64,000 bases of DNA from an uncultured Desulfobacter sp. (GCA_963662595.1 OY759748.1:2835186-2899185); one strand, 5' to 3'; counted from the first letter of the stretch, positions 1-9,946 are shown. Numbers and translations: made by a program. The notes: generated from the sequence alone by a model not told the origin.

Positions 1-1062
1 TCCTTTGCCCGGATCTATTCAGGAAAAATTGCTTCGGGTGACGATGTGTATAACCCGACCCTGAAACGCAAAGAAAAATTATCCAGAATTTTACGGATGC
101 ACGCCAACAAACGTGAACGCCTGGATGAAGCCTCCGCCGGTGATATTGTGGGTATTGTGGGCCTTAAGAATTCGGGCACCGGCGATACCCTATGCAGTTC
201 TGAGCACCCGGTATTGCTTGAAAAAATGGAATACGCACTGCCGGTTATCTCCATTGCCATTGAGCCCAAAACCCATGCAGACCAGGAAAAGCTTGATGAT
301 GTCCTGGACAAATTCATGATCGAGGATCCCACCCTTAAGGTGAGCAAAGATGATGAAACCGGGCAGACCATCTTGTCGGGCATGGGCGAGCTTCATCTTG
401 AAATTATTATTTCAAGAATGGTCAAGGAATTTAACACCAGTGTGAATGTGGGCAAACCCCAGGTGGTGTACCGGGAAATTGTTACCGCCCCTGCAACCGG
501 CCAGGCCGTATTCGACCGGGAGATCCAGGGCAAATCCCATTTTGCCAATGTCACGGTGGAACTCAATCCACTGGGCCGGGGCAGCGGCGTTACCTTCAAG
601 TCCCTTGTCCCCGAAGACAAAATCCCCCCCCAGTATATTGCCAATATTGAGACCGGGATCAGGGAAAGTCTGGAGGGCGGGTTCCTCAAAGGGTATCCCA
701 TTGTGGATGTTGAAATCGTACTGGTTGACGGATTCAGTGAGGAAGGCAAAACATCGGAACTTGGGTTTGGGGTCTGTGCGGCCATGGCCGTTAAAGAGGC
801 GCTGAAAAATGCCAAAATGGGTCTGCTTGAACCCATCATGGATGTGGAAGTGTTTGTGCCGGATGTCAATATGGGAGATGCCATTGCCGACCTCAATGCC
901 AGGGGCGGCAGGGTGGAATCCATAACCCCGAAAACCGGCATCCAGGTAATCAAATCCGTGGTTCCCCTGTCAAAAATGTTTGGCTATTCCACAGCGCTTC
1001 GCTCCGCCACCCAGGGTCGGGGCACCTTTACCATGCAGTTTAAAAGTTTTGATACCGTGTGA
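1..1062 (+). CDS. fusA: Elongation factor G paralogue, 5' end outside window (domains II-V)
   Basis: Frame +1 is open from base 1 (SFARIYSG...). EF-G motifs GMGELHLEI, VGKPQVVYRE, LLEPIMDVEV and MFGYSTALRSATQGRG. Confidence 0.95.
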   Translation, partial: SFARIYSGKIASGDDVYNPTLKRKEKLSRILRMHANKRERLDEASAGDIVGIVGLKNSGTGDTLCSSEHPVLLEKMEYALPVISIAIEPKTHADQEKLDDVLDKFMIEDPTLKVSKDDETGQTILSGMGELHLEIIISRMVKEFNTSVNVGKPQVVYREIVTAPATGQAVFDREIQGKSHFANVTVELNPLGRGSGVTFKSLVPEDKIPPQYIANIETGIRESLEGGFLKGYPIVDVEIVLVDGFSEEGKTSELGFGVCAAMAVKEALKNAKMGLLEPIMDVEVFVPDVNMGDAIADLNARGGRVESITPKTGIQVIKSVVPLSKMFGYSTALRSATQGRGTFTMQFKSFDTV

Positions 1063-1115
1063 TGTTATTTACGCATTTCTGTCTTGCGTATTCAGTTGTT
1101 TTTACCTCTGAGTGC

Positions 1116-1145
1116 AAAAAAAAGGGCGGCCATCCGGCCGCCCTT
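1116..1145 (-). terminator. Intrinsic terminator of the 47-aa small ORF
   Basis: Stem AAGGGCGGCC/GGCCGCCCTT with a 4-nt loop, followed by a T run on the minus strand. Confidence 0.9.
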
Positions 1146-1165
1146 GGATTTAGATCTTAAGCCTG

Positions 1166-1309
1166 CTAACCGGCTACATCAATGCCGGGGTCACATCCGA
1201 GATTCTTGTCTGGATTTTCACATTCAAAGTTGTAATGACGGGTGTCTACATGGCCTTCGTTTCTTTCCTTATCGTTTTCGACGTAGTCTTCGATTCTTTT
1301 ATTACTCAT
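1166..1309 (-). CDS. 47-aa small protein MSNKRIEDYVENDKERNEGHVDTRHYNFECENPDKNLGCDPGIDVAG (absent from ORF track)
   Basis: Hand translation. GGGGA RBS 6 nt before ATG, near-consensus sigma70 promoter upstream, terminator downstream. Confidence 0.8.
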   Translation of the reverse strand: MSNKRIEDYVENDKERNEGHVDTRHYNFECENPDKNLGCDPGIDVAG

Positions 1310-1377
1310 TTTATTTCCCCATATATTTAAATTTTTAGTGTTTTTATAAAAAGACTTTGTTTTTGTCTTTGAATTAT

Positions 1378-1405
1378 ATTATAAGTCACGGCTTATTTGT
1401 TTCAA
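1378..1405 (-). promoter_or_regulatory. Sigma70-type promoter for the small ORF
   Basis: TTGAAA-N16-TATAAT on the minus strand. Confidence 0.7.
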
Positions 1406-1490
1406 GGGGAGATATGATTTTTTTTATTTAATCTGAAACAGGCTGTAAAGATCGGTATTCAAATGATGCCCAGTTTTGAATGTCTGGACA

Positions 1491-2909
1491 TCATCGGCTG
1501 CCTTGCAATCGCTTCTTACCTTTGCCTCTTAGATCCGCAAGCTCATTTTCGGCCTTTTCCCGCATTTGTTCATCGTCCAGGGTGTCTATGGCACGTTCCA
1601 GCTGGCGGACCGCATTTTGTTCGTCATGAATTCGGGCGTAATAGACCCCTAGATAGTAGTTGGACAGGGCCTGTTTTGACTGTCTGGACATGATTTCGGC
1701 CATATGGTAGTTGGCCCTTTCAAATCCGGATTTGCCGCTTTCAAGGACATGCTCAAGTCCCCTTTGGGCTGTCGGCAGGTCTCCGATTTGGATCTGGGCA
1801 ACAGAGCGGTTATAAATGGCCCAGTCTCCTAGTAACGCATCGTCCGCCATACTGTCCAAAAGCGTTATGGCTCGGGTATATTCTGTATCGCGGATGTAAA
1901 GCCGGCCTAGTTCCAAAAGGATCATGGGCTCAAAGGGATCTTTTGCCAGGGCTTGATTGAGTTGTTCAATTCCCTCATTTATTCGTGTGGCCCGGCCGTA
2001 TAAAAGGCCTAAACCATAGTGGAGGGGCACATTGTCAGGGGCACTTTTCAGGGCAAGTTCAATTTTCGGAATGTAGGTGTCAGGGTCGGAATAAAGCCCG
2101 ATTACCCGATACTTAACCATCGTGTAGTCAAAATTTTCCGGTGGTGCGGGCTTGTTGGCAGGCGGCTTGTAATCTGCCAGAATTCCGGATAAATGGGAGA
2201 CCCGGGTTGCCGTGCCCGGATGGGTTTTAAAGTAGTCGGGAATGTTTTCAATCCCCTGGTAATCGACCTGTCTGATTTTTAACAGACTGTCCAGTATTCC
2301 CTGGGGCGAATATCCTGTTTTTTCGAGAAAAAGAACCGCCTTTTGATCGGCTTCGGTTTCATTTTCCCGGGTATAGGTCAGCATGGCGGACTGTCCGGCA
2401 GCGATGGAGCCGAATGTCAGGGCCTGGCCTGCTTCTGAACCGCCCCCTGCAGCACCGACAAGGATGCCTGCGATCATTCCGGCTATGCTGCCGGTTGCCA
2501 CGAGTTTGGACCGGTCAATGGACTGGGATACATGTCTGCCCACGGCATGGCCGATTTCATGGGCCAGGATGCCTGCAAGTTCGTCCATGGTATCCAGGGA
2601 TGTGATCAACCCCCGGTGCACAAAAATATTGGCAGATGGTGTGGCAAAGGCATTAAATGAGTCGTCATTGATCATGAAAAAATCAAAATGAAAGGGCTGG
2701 GGCGGCAGTTGTTTGACAATGGCGTTGCCCACAATTTCGATCATTTTCTGGGCAACGGGATCATGGAGAATAATTCCTTTGTCTTCGATCAGCTTTAGAT
2801 ATTCTTTGCCAAGTTTAAGTTCATCGGGAATGGAAATGGCGCATGTGACGCCGGGAAATAAAAGTACAATAACCAAAATGAGGCTGACAGCCTGTTTAAG
2901 TTGTCTCAT
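1491..2909 (-). CDS. M48 family metalloprotease with TPR repeats (BepA/YfgC-like)
   Basis: Signal peptide, NAFA, HEIGH zinc motif, RENETEAD, THP, C-terminal TPR-like helices. Confidence 0.9.
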   Translation of the reverse strand: MRQLKQAVSLILVIVLLFPGVTCAISIPDELKLGKEYLKLIEDKGIILHDPVAQKMIEIVGNAIVKQLPPQPFHFDFFMINDDSFNAFATPSANIFVHRGLITSLDTMDELAGILAHEIGHAVGRHVSQSIDRSKLVATGSIAGMIAGILVGAAGGGSEAGQALTFGSIAAGQSAMLTYTRENETEADQKAVLFLEKTGYSPQGILDSLLKIRQVDYQGIENIPDYFKTHPGTATRVSHLSGILADYKPPANKPAPPENFDYTMVKYRVIGLYSDPDTYIPKIELALKSAPDNVPLHYGLGLLYGRATRINEGIEQLNQALAKDPFEPMILLELGRLYIRDTEYTRAITLLDSMADDALLGDWAIYNRSVAQIQIGDLPTAQRGLEHVLESGKSGFERANYHMAEIMSRQSKQALSNYYLGVYYARIHDEQNAVRQLERAIDTLDDEQMREKAENELADLRGKGKKRLQGSR

Positions 2910-2947
2910 ATTTATCCAGAATGCTTTTTCTTTTGGGTACGGTTTTA

Positions 2948-3493
2948 TCAGAGGGCGGTTGCATCAATGAACTCAGAGTCCTCCATGGCCAGTTCAATGC
3001 GGAAAATATAATTGTTGATTTTAAAGGAGAGTCGGCGGTTTTCCGTGTATGTATCGTTGATGGACAAGGAGATCGGCGAACTGATGGTCAATGCCTTGGG
3101 CTGGCCGTAACAGGCGTTCAAATCATATGTCTCTTCCACGGATTTGATCAACTGCCCCATTAGCTGGTTGGTGATCTCTCCGATGGTGTCTGCCACTTCC
3201 GGGTCTGAAATGGATGAGGCCAGTTCGTCTTCGGGCATGCCCATGTTGATCATGTAGTGCCTGTAAATTTCAAAGGCAGCCTCATCGCTGAAATTGAAAA
3301 TCACAAGCCCCATATAGTCCCCGTAGAACTGAACAAAGCAGGTCAGGTCTGGCATCATGCATACCCGGGTAATCTTCTGGATGGTGTTGGCGTAATTGAT
3401 CTCTTTACCCGTGCTTTGTTCCAGCATGGTCTGTGTGGTTTCCAAGAAAAGCTTAGCAATGCTGTCAATGGACTGATTATTTGGAATTTCCAT
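2948..3493 (-). CDS. CheX/CheC-fold protein (DUF3334-like), probable response-regulator phosphatase
   Basis: ExxN motif in ADTIGEITNQLMG. Start moved to ATG 3493 behind a GAAGGAG RBS. Confidence 0.75.
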   Translation of the reverse strand: MEIPNNQSIDSIAKLFLETTQTMLEQSTGKEINYANTIQKITRVCMMPDLTCFVQFYGDYMGLVIFNFSDEAAFEIYRHYMINMGMPEDELASSISDPEVADTIGEITNQLMGQLIKSVEETYDLNACYGQPKALTISSPISLSINDTYTENRRLSFKINNYIFRIELAMEDSEFIDATAL

Positions 3494-3588
3494 TGTGACT
3501 CCTTCCTGGTATCGAATCAGGTTTGTCCGGTCGGATGATGTGTTAACAACTCTAAAATTATCCACAAAATAGGGTTAAAAGTCAAATT

Positions 3589-4509
3589 TTATCGCTCTCC
3601 TCGTTTGTAGGCCGCACCCAGCCAGGCCGGTGCGTTTAGACGCCTTGGATCTTTAAACGAGATGGCTAAAAGAATGATCAGAGTGGACAGGTAGGGCAGC
3701 ATGGCCAGAAAATTGGGGGAAATCCCCAGGGGCTGGAGCAGATATTGAAGTACAAAAATACCGCCGAAGATAAATGATGCAAAAATCGCACGTCCCGGGT
3801 TCCACAACGCAAAAATAGTCAGGGCAATGGCGATCCATCCGCGGCCGGCAGTCATGCCCTCCACCCAGGACGATGAGTAGGAGATGGACAGATGGGCCCC
3901 GGCAAGGGCGGAGAATACACCGCCCACCAGTACGCAGGCGTATCGAATCAAAGATACGTTGACGCCCTGGGTCTCCGTGGCCTTGGGATTTTCCCCGGTG
4001 GATCTGATTTGAATGCCCATACGGGTGCGCTCCAGGAAAAACCAGGCGGCGATGGCAAGTATAACAGCTATATATAGAAAAGGGCTCTGGCTGAAAAGCG
4101 CTTTGCCGATCCAGGGGAGGTCCGATAAAAAGGGTATGGCCACATCGTCCATTTTAACGGATAGAGGCCGCCCCACATAGGGCTTTCCCATCATCCCGGA
4201 TAATCCCAGTCCCAGCATGGTCAGGGCAAGGCCTGAGACCACCTGATTGGCCTGCAGGGTTACTGACGCAAAGGCGTGGATCAATGAGACGGCCAAGCCT
4301 GCTGCCATGGCTGCCACTACCCCAAGCCAGGGGTGGCCTGTGGTCATGGTGACGATAAAGGCGGTTACGGCACCTACGGCCATGACGCCTTCAACACCCA
4401 GGTTAAGAATGCCGGATCGTTCGCAGATCACTTCTCCGGTTGTGGCCAAAAGCAATGGTGTGCCGGCCACCATGGTTCTTTGAATGGTTGAAATGATGAT
4501 CTCTTCCAT
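3589..4509 (-). CDS. Nucleoside/sugar (CUT2) ABC permease
   Basis: ERSGILNLGVEG, GENP and GRGWIAIA motifs; multiple TM segments. Confidence 0.92.
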   Translation of the reverse strand: MEEIIISTIQRTMVAGTPLLLATTGEVICERSGILNLGVEGVMAVGAVTAFIVTMTTGHPWLGVVAAMAAGLAVSLIHAFASVTLQANQVVSGLALTMLGLGLSGMMGKPYVGRPLSVKMDDVAIPFLSDLPWIGKALFSQSPFLYIAVILAIAAWFFLERTRMGIQIRSTGENPKATETQGVNVSLIRYACVLVGGVFSALAGAHLSISYSSSWVEGMTAGRGWIAIALTIFALWNPGRAIFASFIFGGIFVLQYLLQPLGISPNFLAMLPYLSTLIILLAISFKDPRRLNAPAWLGAAYKRGER

Positions 4510-4574
4510 GATGTATATATGTCAATCCAAATAAGTTGTTAAATTATTGATAGTCATCCGTTGTCACTCAGGTG

Positions 4575-5657
4575 CTATTTAGTCCTGGACCAGTGGATCT
4601 GAATCTTATGATATAAAAAGTAATCGCCCATGATCAAAAAGATGAGCAGGATACCATTTACAATTTCAACCGTAGCCGCCGGCATTCCCAGGGAGATCTG
4701 AATCGCGTCCCCGCCCACGATGATACCGGCGAAAAACAGACCCGACACAATGGTAAACAAGGGGTTGAGCTTGGCCAGCCAGGCCACAATGATGGCGGTG
4801 AATCCATATCCCGATGACACGGAGTTCGGATATCCTAAATAGTGGTGAATACCCGCCACCTCGCCCACACCGGCAAAACCGGCAAGCCCGCCTGAAACGG
4901 CCATAAGAATAAGCGTGGTTTTAAGAAAATCGATTCCCGCATATTTACCGGCATCCGGGTTTTCCCCCACCACACGGGCTTCGTAACCGAACCGGGTTTT
5001 ATAAATTAACACACACAGCCCCACCGAGCAGAGGACAGCCAGAATCAAGGTGGCATAGTGGATACGCGAGCCGGGCAGCACCCCCAAAATCGCCGCGTCG
5101 GGCAGGGCATCGGTACCCGGAAATCCAAACCGGGTTTTGCCCTTCCACGGCCCCACAATGAGTAATGTTAGGAATTCTGCACAGATATAGTTGAGCATCA
5201 AGGTGGTGATGACCTCGTTGATGGCATATTTGATTTTCAGTATAGCCGGGATAATGCCCCATATGGCACCACCGATAAAACCCGCCGCAAATATCAACGG
5301 AACGATAACTACCGAGGGCAGGGCATTGCCCAGGTGCTGGGCCGTCCATGTGGCGAAAATGGCCCCCATGAGCAGCTGGCCTTCGGCACCGATATTCCAG
5401 AATTTGGCCCTGAATGCAAGGGTCAGGCCTGCACCGATGAGGATCAAAGGGATGGCCTTGGTAATGGTCTCTTTGATGCCGTAAACAGACCCGAACGACT
5501 CAATAAAGATCTCGGAGACGGCATACAGGGGATTGACGCCTGCGGCAAGGAAAACAAGGCCGATGGCCAGAACGCCTGCGCCAAGGGCGGCGATATTGGT
5601 CATAAAGGACCTTAGGGGGGTAATATTGTAGCGGTCGCTTGTGGTAATCCGTATCAT
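4575..5657 (-). CDS. Nucleoside/sugar (CUT2) ABC permease
   Basis: WNIGAEGQ, NEVITTLMLNY and GYGFTAIIVA motifs. Start approximate. Confidence 0.92.
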   Translation of the reverse strand: MIRITTSDRYNITPLRSFMTNIAALGAGVLAIGLVFLAAGVNPLYAVSEIFIESFGSVYGIKETITKAIPLILIGAGLTLAFRAKFWNIGAEGQLLMGAIFATWTAQHLGNALPSVVIVPLIFAAGFIGGAIWGIIPAILKIKYAINEVITTLMLNYICAEFLTLLIVGPWKGKTRFGFPGTDALPDAAILGVLPGSRIHYATLILAVLCSVGLCVLIYKTRFGYEARVVGENPDAGKYAGIDFLKTTLILMAVSGGLAGFAGVGEVAGIHHYLGYPNSVSSGYGFTAIIVAWLAKLNPLFTIVSGLFFAGIIVGGDAIQISLGMPAATVEIVNGILLIFLIMGDYFLYHKIQIHWSRTK

Positions 5658-5676
5658 ATAATCACTGCTGTTTTCT

Positions 5677-7224
5677 TTAATTTGTGATGTCTGCATGGAC
5701 CGGTTTGGGGGCAATGCGTTTTGAGCCGGCCATCATCAGTCCGATATCGTTGGCTTGTTCATCATCCGTATCGATAATGCCCATAAATTCACCTGCAAAA
5801 ATAACGGCCACACGGTCGCACAACTCGAAAATTTCATCCAGGTCTTCGGAAAACAAAAGTACGGAACTGCCCTGGCGGCACAGATTCAGCAAATGCTCAC
5901 GCAAAAACTGGGTGGCGCCCACATCCAGTCCGTAGGTGGGGTGAGAGGCTACCAGCAATTGGGGCTGTTCGCTGATTTCCCGGCCCAGAATCAGTTTCTG
6001 GATGTTGCCGCCCGAAAGGTTTCTGATCTGATTGTTAATGGAGTGGGTGGCGACTCTATATTCGGAGATAATGGACTGTGTGTGATTTTTTACTTTGTCG
6101 TATTTAAGAAAATACCGTTTGGAAAATTTTTTGAGATGGTGCTGTTTTAAAATTGCATTGTCGTAAAGGAAAAGACCCGGGGCAATGCCGAATCGGATGC
6201 GTTCCTCGGGAACGTGGGACACCCCGTTGTCATAAATTTTTCTGGGCGACATGTTGGTGATGTCCTTGTCGTTGATCAGCACCTTGCCCGCATCAATGGC
6301 CCGGATGCCGGTGATGGCTTCGGCCAGTTCCCGCTGTCCGTTGCCGGCCACACCCGCCACGCCGAAAATCTCATTTTTATACACATCAAAGGAGACGTCT
6401 TTAATGGCGGCAAGTCCTTTGTCTCCGGTGACATGGATATTTTGAACACTGAGCACCCGGTCGCCTTTGGGCAGTCGTTCCCTGTTCATGGTCAGGGCCA
6501 CATCCTTGCCCACCATCATCCGGGCAAGCCCCATTTTATCAGTGGCCTGGGTCTCGGCGCCGTCTACGATCCGGCCTTTGCGCAACACGGTAACCCGGTC
6601 GCAGATATCCATGATTTCATCAAGTTTATGGGAGATAAAAATGACACTGTGGCCATCCGCCTTCATCCGGCGAAGGATTTCAATGAGCTCTTTGATCTCC
6701 TGGGGCGTCAACACGGATGTGGGTTCGTCTAGGATGAGCAGATCCGCACCGTTTAGAAGGGTTTTGATGATTTCAACCCGCTGCTGTTCACCGGCGGAAA
6801 GCTGCCATACCTTTTGATCAAGATCAATCTGAAAGTCAAACTGCTCCGAAAACGCTTTGATTTGTTTGCGCAGCACTTTCTGGGGAAACAAAAACGGGGT
6901 GTCCTTGTACCCAAGGGCGATGTTTTCGATCACGGAATGATTCTGGATCAGCATGAAGTGCTGGTGCACCATGCCGATGCCAAGGTTGATGGATTCCAGG
7001 GGATTGGAAATCCGGACCGGCTCGCCGTTGATCAGGATGCTCCCTGAATCGGGCTGATAAATGCCGTAAAGGATATTCATCAACGTGGTCTTGCCCGCCC
7101 CGTTCTCTCCGAGCAGCCCCAGGATCTCCCCGGAGTTGATCTCAAGGTTGATATCCTTGTTGGCATGGACACCCTGGAACGACTTGCAAATATCCTTCAT
7201 TTCAAGGCGTTGTATTTTAATCAT
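5677..7224 (-). CDS. CUT2 ABC ATP-binding protein (two NBDs)
   Basis: GENGAGKTT, LSAGEQQ, DEPT, second half LSGGNIQK. Confidence 0.95.
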   Translation of the reverse strand: MIKIQRLEMKDICKSFQGVHANKDINLEINSGEILGLLGENGAGKTTLMNILYGIYQPDSGSILINGEPVRISNPLESINLGIGMVHQHFMLIQNHSVIENIALGYKDTPFLFPQKVLRKQIKAFSEQFDFQIDLDQKVWQLSAGEQQRVEIIKTLLNGADLLILDEPTSVLTPQEIKELIEILRRMKADGHSVIFISHKLDEIMDICDRVTVLRKGRIVDGAETQATDKMGLARMMVGKDVALTMNRERLPKGDRVLSVQNIHVTGDKGLAAIKDVSFDVYKNEIFGVAGVAGNGQRELAEAITGIRAIDAGKVLINDKDITNMSPRKIYDNGVSHVPEERIRFGIAPGLFLYDNAILKQHHLKKFSKRYFLKYDKVKNHTQSIISEYRVATHSINNQIRNLSGGNIQKLILGREISEQPQLLVASHPTYGLDVGATQFLREHLLNLCRQGSSVLLFSEDLDEIFELCDRVAVIFAGEFMGIIDTDDEQANDIGLMMAGSKRIAPKPVHADITN

Positions 7225-7313
7225 GGTCTTTTTTCAATCATAAAGGCCGGAAAAAGTTGGCTTTCCGGCCTTTATGGTAATCCTGTTTTTATTTTTTGCT
7301 TAAAAAGGCCCCC

Positions 7314-7439
7314 ATGTTTGGACAAAGATTTGCCCAGGTGCAAGGCGCAGGGAAATTTGCAACCGGAGCAACCTGGAGGGTTGTGAGGATTGCGAATTTT
7401 CCTGCAACGCCGCAGATGGGTGAATCTTTGTTCAAACAT
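7314..7439. repeat. ERIC-like palindromic intergenic repeat, copy 1 (126 bp)
   Basis: Imperfect terminal IR ATGTTTGGACAAAGATT...AATCTTTGTTCAAACAT. Core CAAGGCG...ACCGGAG...GAGGATT...CAACGCCG shared with other copies. Confidence 0.85.
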
Positions 7440-8698
7440 CAATTGCTGGTGGGGATTTCGCCTTTCACATTGTCTACATAATACATCATGGAAAGCAGAT
7501 CTTCCTTGGACGCCTGTTCCCCGGCATTAATCCTGATTTCGCCGGTGTTGTCCGAAACCGGGCCCATGAACGGATCAAATATATCAACGCCCTGTTTCAT
7601 CTGCTCATAGCGTTTCATGACCAGGTCGTAGGCGCTGATTTCGCCAAATTCCTCTGTCTTGATCATGGCCTGCTTCAAGGGTTCAACAAATTTGGGGTTG
7701 ATGGCATCCTCGGTGCTGCCGCCCAAAATGGCTGCCCCTTCCTTGGCCAGCCACCAGATGTCCTGGCTGGGATCCCAGGTGCCGTCGTGAATATCTTTCA
7801 GGATTTTGGCATACATGCCGCCCCAGTCCATGCGCTGGCCGGAAACCACAGAGTCTTTGCCATAGGCCTGCATGGGAGAATAATGGGAGAATGTATAAAT
7901 CTGGTCGCCTTTTTCACAATGGTCCTGGCCCACTTCAACCACCGCCGGGGTATCCTCGGTAAAGGCCAGTGCGTCACAGCCTTCGGCGATCAGGGCTTCG
8001 GCTGCTTCCTTGGCTTTGTCCGGACCATACCAGGCATAGATCCATTTGACGTTGACAACGGCGTCTGGGTTGACGGCCTTGGCGCCCAGTGCATAGGCAT
8101 TAATGTGACGGATCAGTTCCGGAATGGGATAGGCGGCCACATAACCCAGCTTATTGGATTGGGTCAGAGCCCCGGCCATCATGCCGTTGAGGTAGTACAT
8201 CTGATACAGATCACCAAAATAGGTCCCCAGGTTGGCGGCCCTTTTGAACCCTGCGCAGTGCATGAATTTTGTATCCGGATATTTTTCAGCGGCTTTAACC
8301 GTGTCATCCATGTACCCGAAACTTGTGGTAAAGATTACATCGCATTGCTGCTGCTGGACAAGACGATCCATGATTCGCAGAGAGTCGGCTTCGTTGACGG
8401 ATTCCACAATAACGGTGTCCAACCAGGGGTAAAGGGATTCAACATGCCGTTTACCCAAATCATGGGCATGGGACCACCCGTAATCACCCACGGGCCCCAC
8501 ATAGATAAAGCCGGCTTTCAGTTTCTTTTCCGCAGTTGATTCATCCTCAGCCGGCGCCGCTTTTTCAGGCACGTCTCCCTTGACTTCGGCTGCAGTTTCA
8601 GGGGCTTGCTCAGGTGTGTCCTGATCTCCGCATCCGACAAGGGCCAGGGCAAAAAGAAAAACAAAACTGACAAGCAGCACATTCATTTTGGTTTTCAT
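7439..8698 (-). CDS. BMP family ABC substrate-binding lipoprotein (nucleoside/purine-type)
   Basis: Lipobox LVGC; GFIYVGPVGDYGWS and FTTSFGY motifs; heads the ABC operon. Confidence 0.93.
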   Translation of the reverse strand: MKTKMNVLLVSFVFLFALALVGCGDQDTPEQAPETAAEVKGDVPEKAAPAEDESTAEKKLKAGFIYVGPVGDYGWSHAHDLGKRHVESLYPWLDTVIVESVNEADSLRIMDRLVQQQQCDVIFTTSFGYMDDTVKAAEKYPDTKFMHCAGFKRAANLGTYFGDLYQMYYLNGMMAGALTQSNKLGYVAAYPIPELIRHINAYALGAKAVNPDAVVNVKWIYAWYGPDKAKEAAEALIAEGCDALAFTEDTPAVVEVGQDHCEKGDQIYTFSHYSPMQAYGKDSVVSGQRMDWGGMYAKILKDIHDGTWDPSQDIWWLAKEGAAILGGSTEDAINPKFVEPLKQAMIKTEEFGEISAYDLVMKRYEQMKQGVDIFDPFMGPVSDNTGEIRINAGEQASKEDLLSMMYYVDNVKGEIPTSN

Positions 8699-8847
8699 CG
8701 TTGTCTCCAGTATTTATGACATTAGGTATCAAGAAAATTACAGGATCATACGATAATTACCGGTTTGCAGTCAACTCTTTAGTGGTCGAACAGCTTGCGC
8801 TTGCAGGCTGTTCCGCTGCCATTTAGAAAACTTAACACTCTGCCTTT

Positions 8848-8890
8848 AAAAAAAGGCCCCCGGCAGAAAAAAAATTTCTGCCGGGGGCCT
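8848..8890 (-). terminator. Intrinsic terminator of proVWX
   Basis: GGCCCCCGGCAGAAA/TTTCTGCCGGGGGCC stem plus T run on the minus strand. Confidence 0.88.
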
Positions 8891-8911
8891 GTCAATCGAA
8901 AAAAGAGCGGT

Positions 8912-9946
8912 TTATTTTGCAGCGGCCCGGGCCTGGGCCAGCCAGTCATCCCATTTTGCCTGATTGTTGGCAATCCATTCGGAGACATGCTTTTGGATAT
9001 CTTTGGCGGATTTTTCACCTGTATTCATGCGGGTGTTCTGGGCGTTGATATCTGCCAGGGGCAGGGTGAACAGTTCAAGAAATTTTTTGGCAGCAGGATT
9101 GTCCGTTAAAAATTTCTTGTTGGCCACAATACGGATATCTGAAACCACAAATCCCAATTTCACCGGATCAGTTACAGCACCTTCCACGCCTGCCTGTGTC
9201 ATTCTGTCCACAGCCTCGGCCTGGGCTTCTGTGGGTAAAATTTTAGGCACGTTGATCCACATCACATCTTTGCCCGGTTTGAGTTTATAGACGGTCCAGT
9301 TCGGGGTCCAGGTATAAAAAAAGATAGGTTCTCCGGCTTTGTATGCACCGATGGCAGACGCCATGCCTGCTTCGTAGGATGCTTTTACCGGATTGATGTC
9401 ATCTTCCAGGTCATATACTTTCAGGTGATGGGCAATGACTTTCTCGCAGCCCCAGCCCGGGGGACAGGCGGTGAGATCTGCTTTGCCGTCATGGTTTTTA
9501 TCAAATGCCTTTTTAACTTCTTCGCGTTTAAAGTCATCCAATGATTTGATGTTGTACTTTTCAACCTCATCTTTGGAGACCAGGTAGCCTTGGAGGCCGC
9601 CGGCCTGGGCCACATACCCGATTTTTTGGGCCGTGTCGTCGAAGTTTTTGGGCAATTGGCTGTTATGCATGGGAAACCAGCCGTTGCACCAGTAGTCCAG
9701 ATCGCCCAGGGTCAATGCTTTGTAAAAAATGGGGTTTTTGAGGTCTTTGGGTTTTTTGACATCATAACCCAATTCAGTCAACGCCCGGCTGACAAGGGCT
9801 TCCTGGAAGTAACCTGTGTTCCAGGTGGCCCGTGCGGGTTTAACGGTGACGCCTTCTCCGGGTTTGTCCGAAGATGCAAAGGCAGGGGCGACCATGGTCA
9901 TGGAAACTGCAACCAGAAAAAAGCAGAATCTTTTTGCAATGCTCAT
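8912..9946 (-). CDS. proX: Glycine betaine/proline ABC substrate-binding protein
   Basis: Signal peptide; WFPMH, CPPGWGC and YTWTPNW (Trp cage) motifs. Confidence 0.93.
   Translation of the reverse strand: MSIAKRFCFFLVAVSMTMVAPAFASSDKPGEGVTVKPARATWNTGYFQEALVSRALTELGYDVKKPKDLKNPIFYKALTLGDLDYWCNGWFPMHNSQLPKNFDDTAQKIGYVAQAGGLQGYLVSKDEVEKYNIKSLDDFKREEVKKAFDKNHDGKADLTACPPGWGCEKVIAHHLKVYDLEDDINPVKASYEAGMASAIGAYKAGEPIFFYTWTPNWTVYKLKPGKDVMWINVPKILPTEAQAEAVDRMTQAGVEGAVTDPVKLGFVVSDIRIVANKKFLTDNPAAKKFLELFTLPLADINAQNTRMNTGEKSAKDIQKHVSEWIANNQAKWDDWLAQARAAAK

Noticed and set aside
1157-1168. TAG-CAG-GCT-TAA after the microprotein as possible pyrrolysine readthrough
   Set aside because: It would add only three residues, and no pyl genes are in the window.
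1084-1338. 84-aa plus-strand ORF in the track
   Set aside because: It runs through a terminator and is antisense to the better-supported 47-aa ORF; no RBS.
3558-3566. Perfect DnaA box TTATCCACA
   Set aside because: Single copy, plausible by chance in 64 kb; no box cluster or origin genes seen.
7787-8539. Long antisense ORFs (also 20846-21754, 35806-36558, 54578-55600)
   Set aside because: Shadows of well-supported genes on the opposite strand; no motifs of their own.
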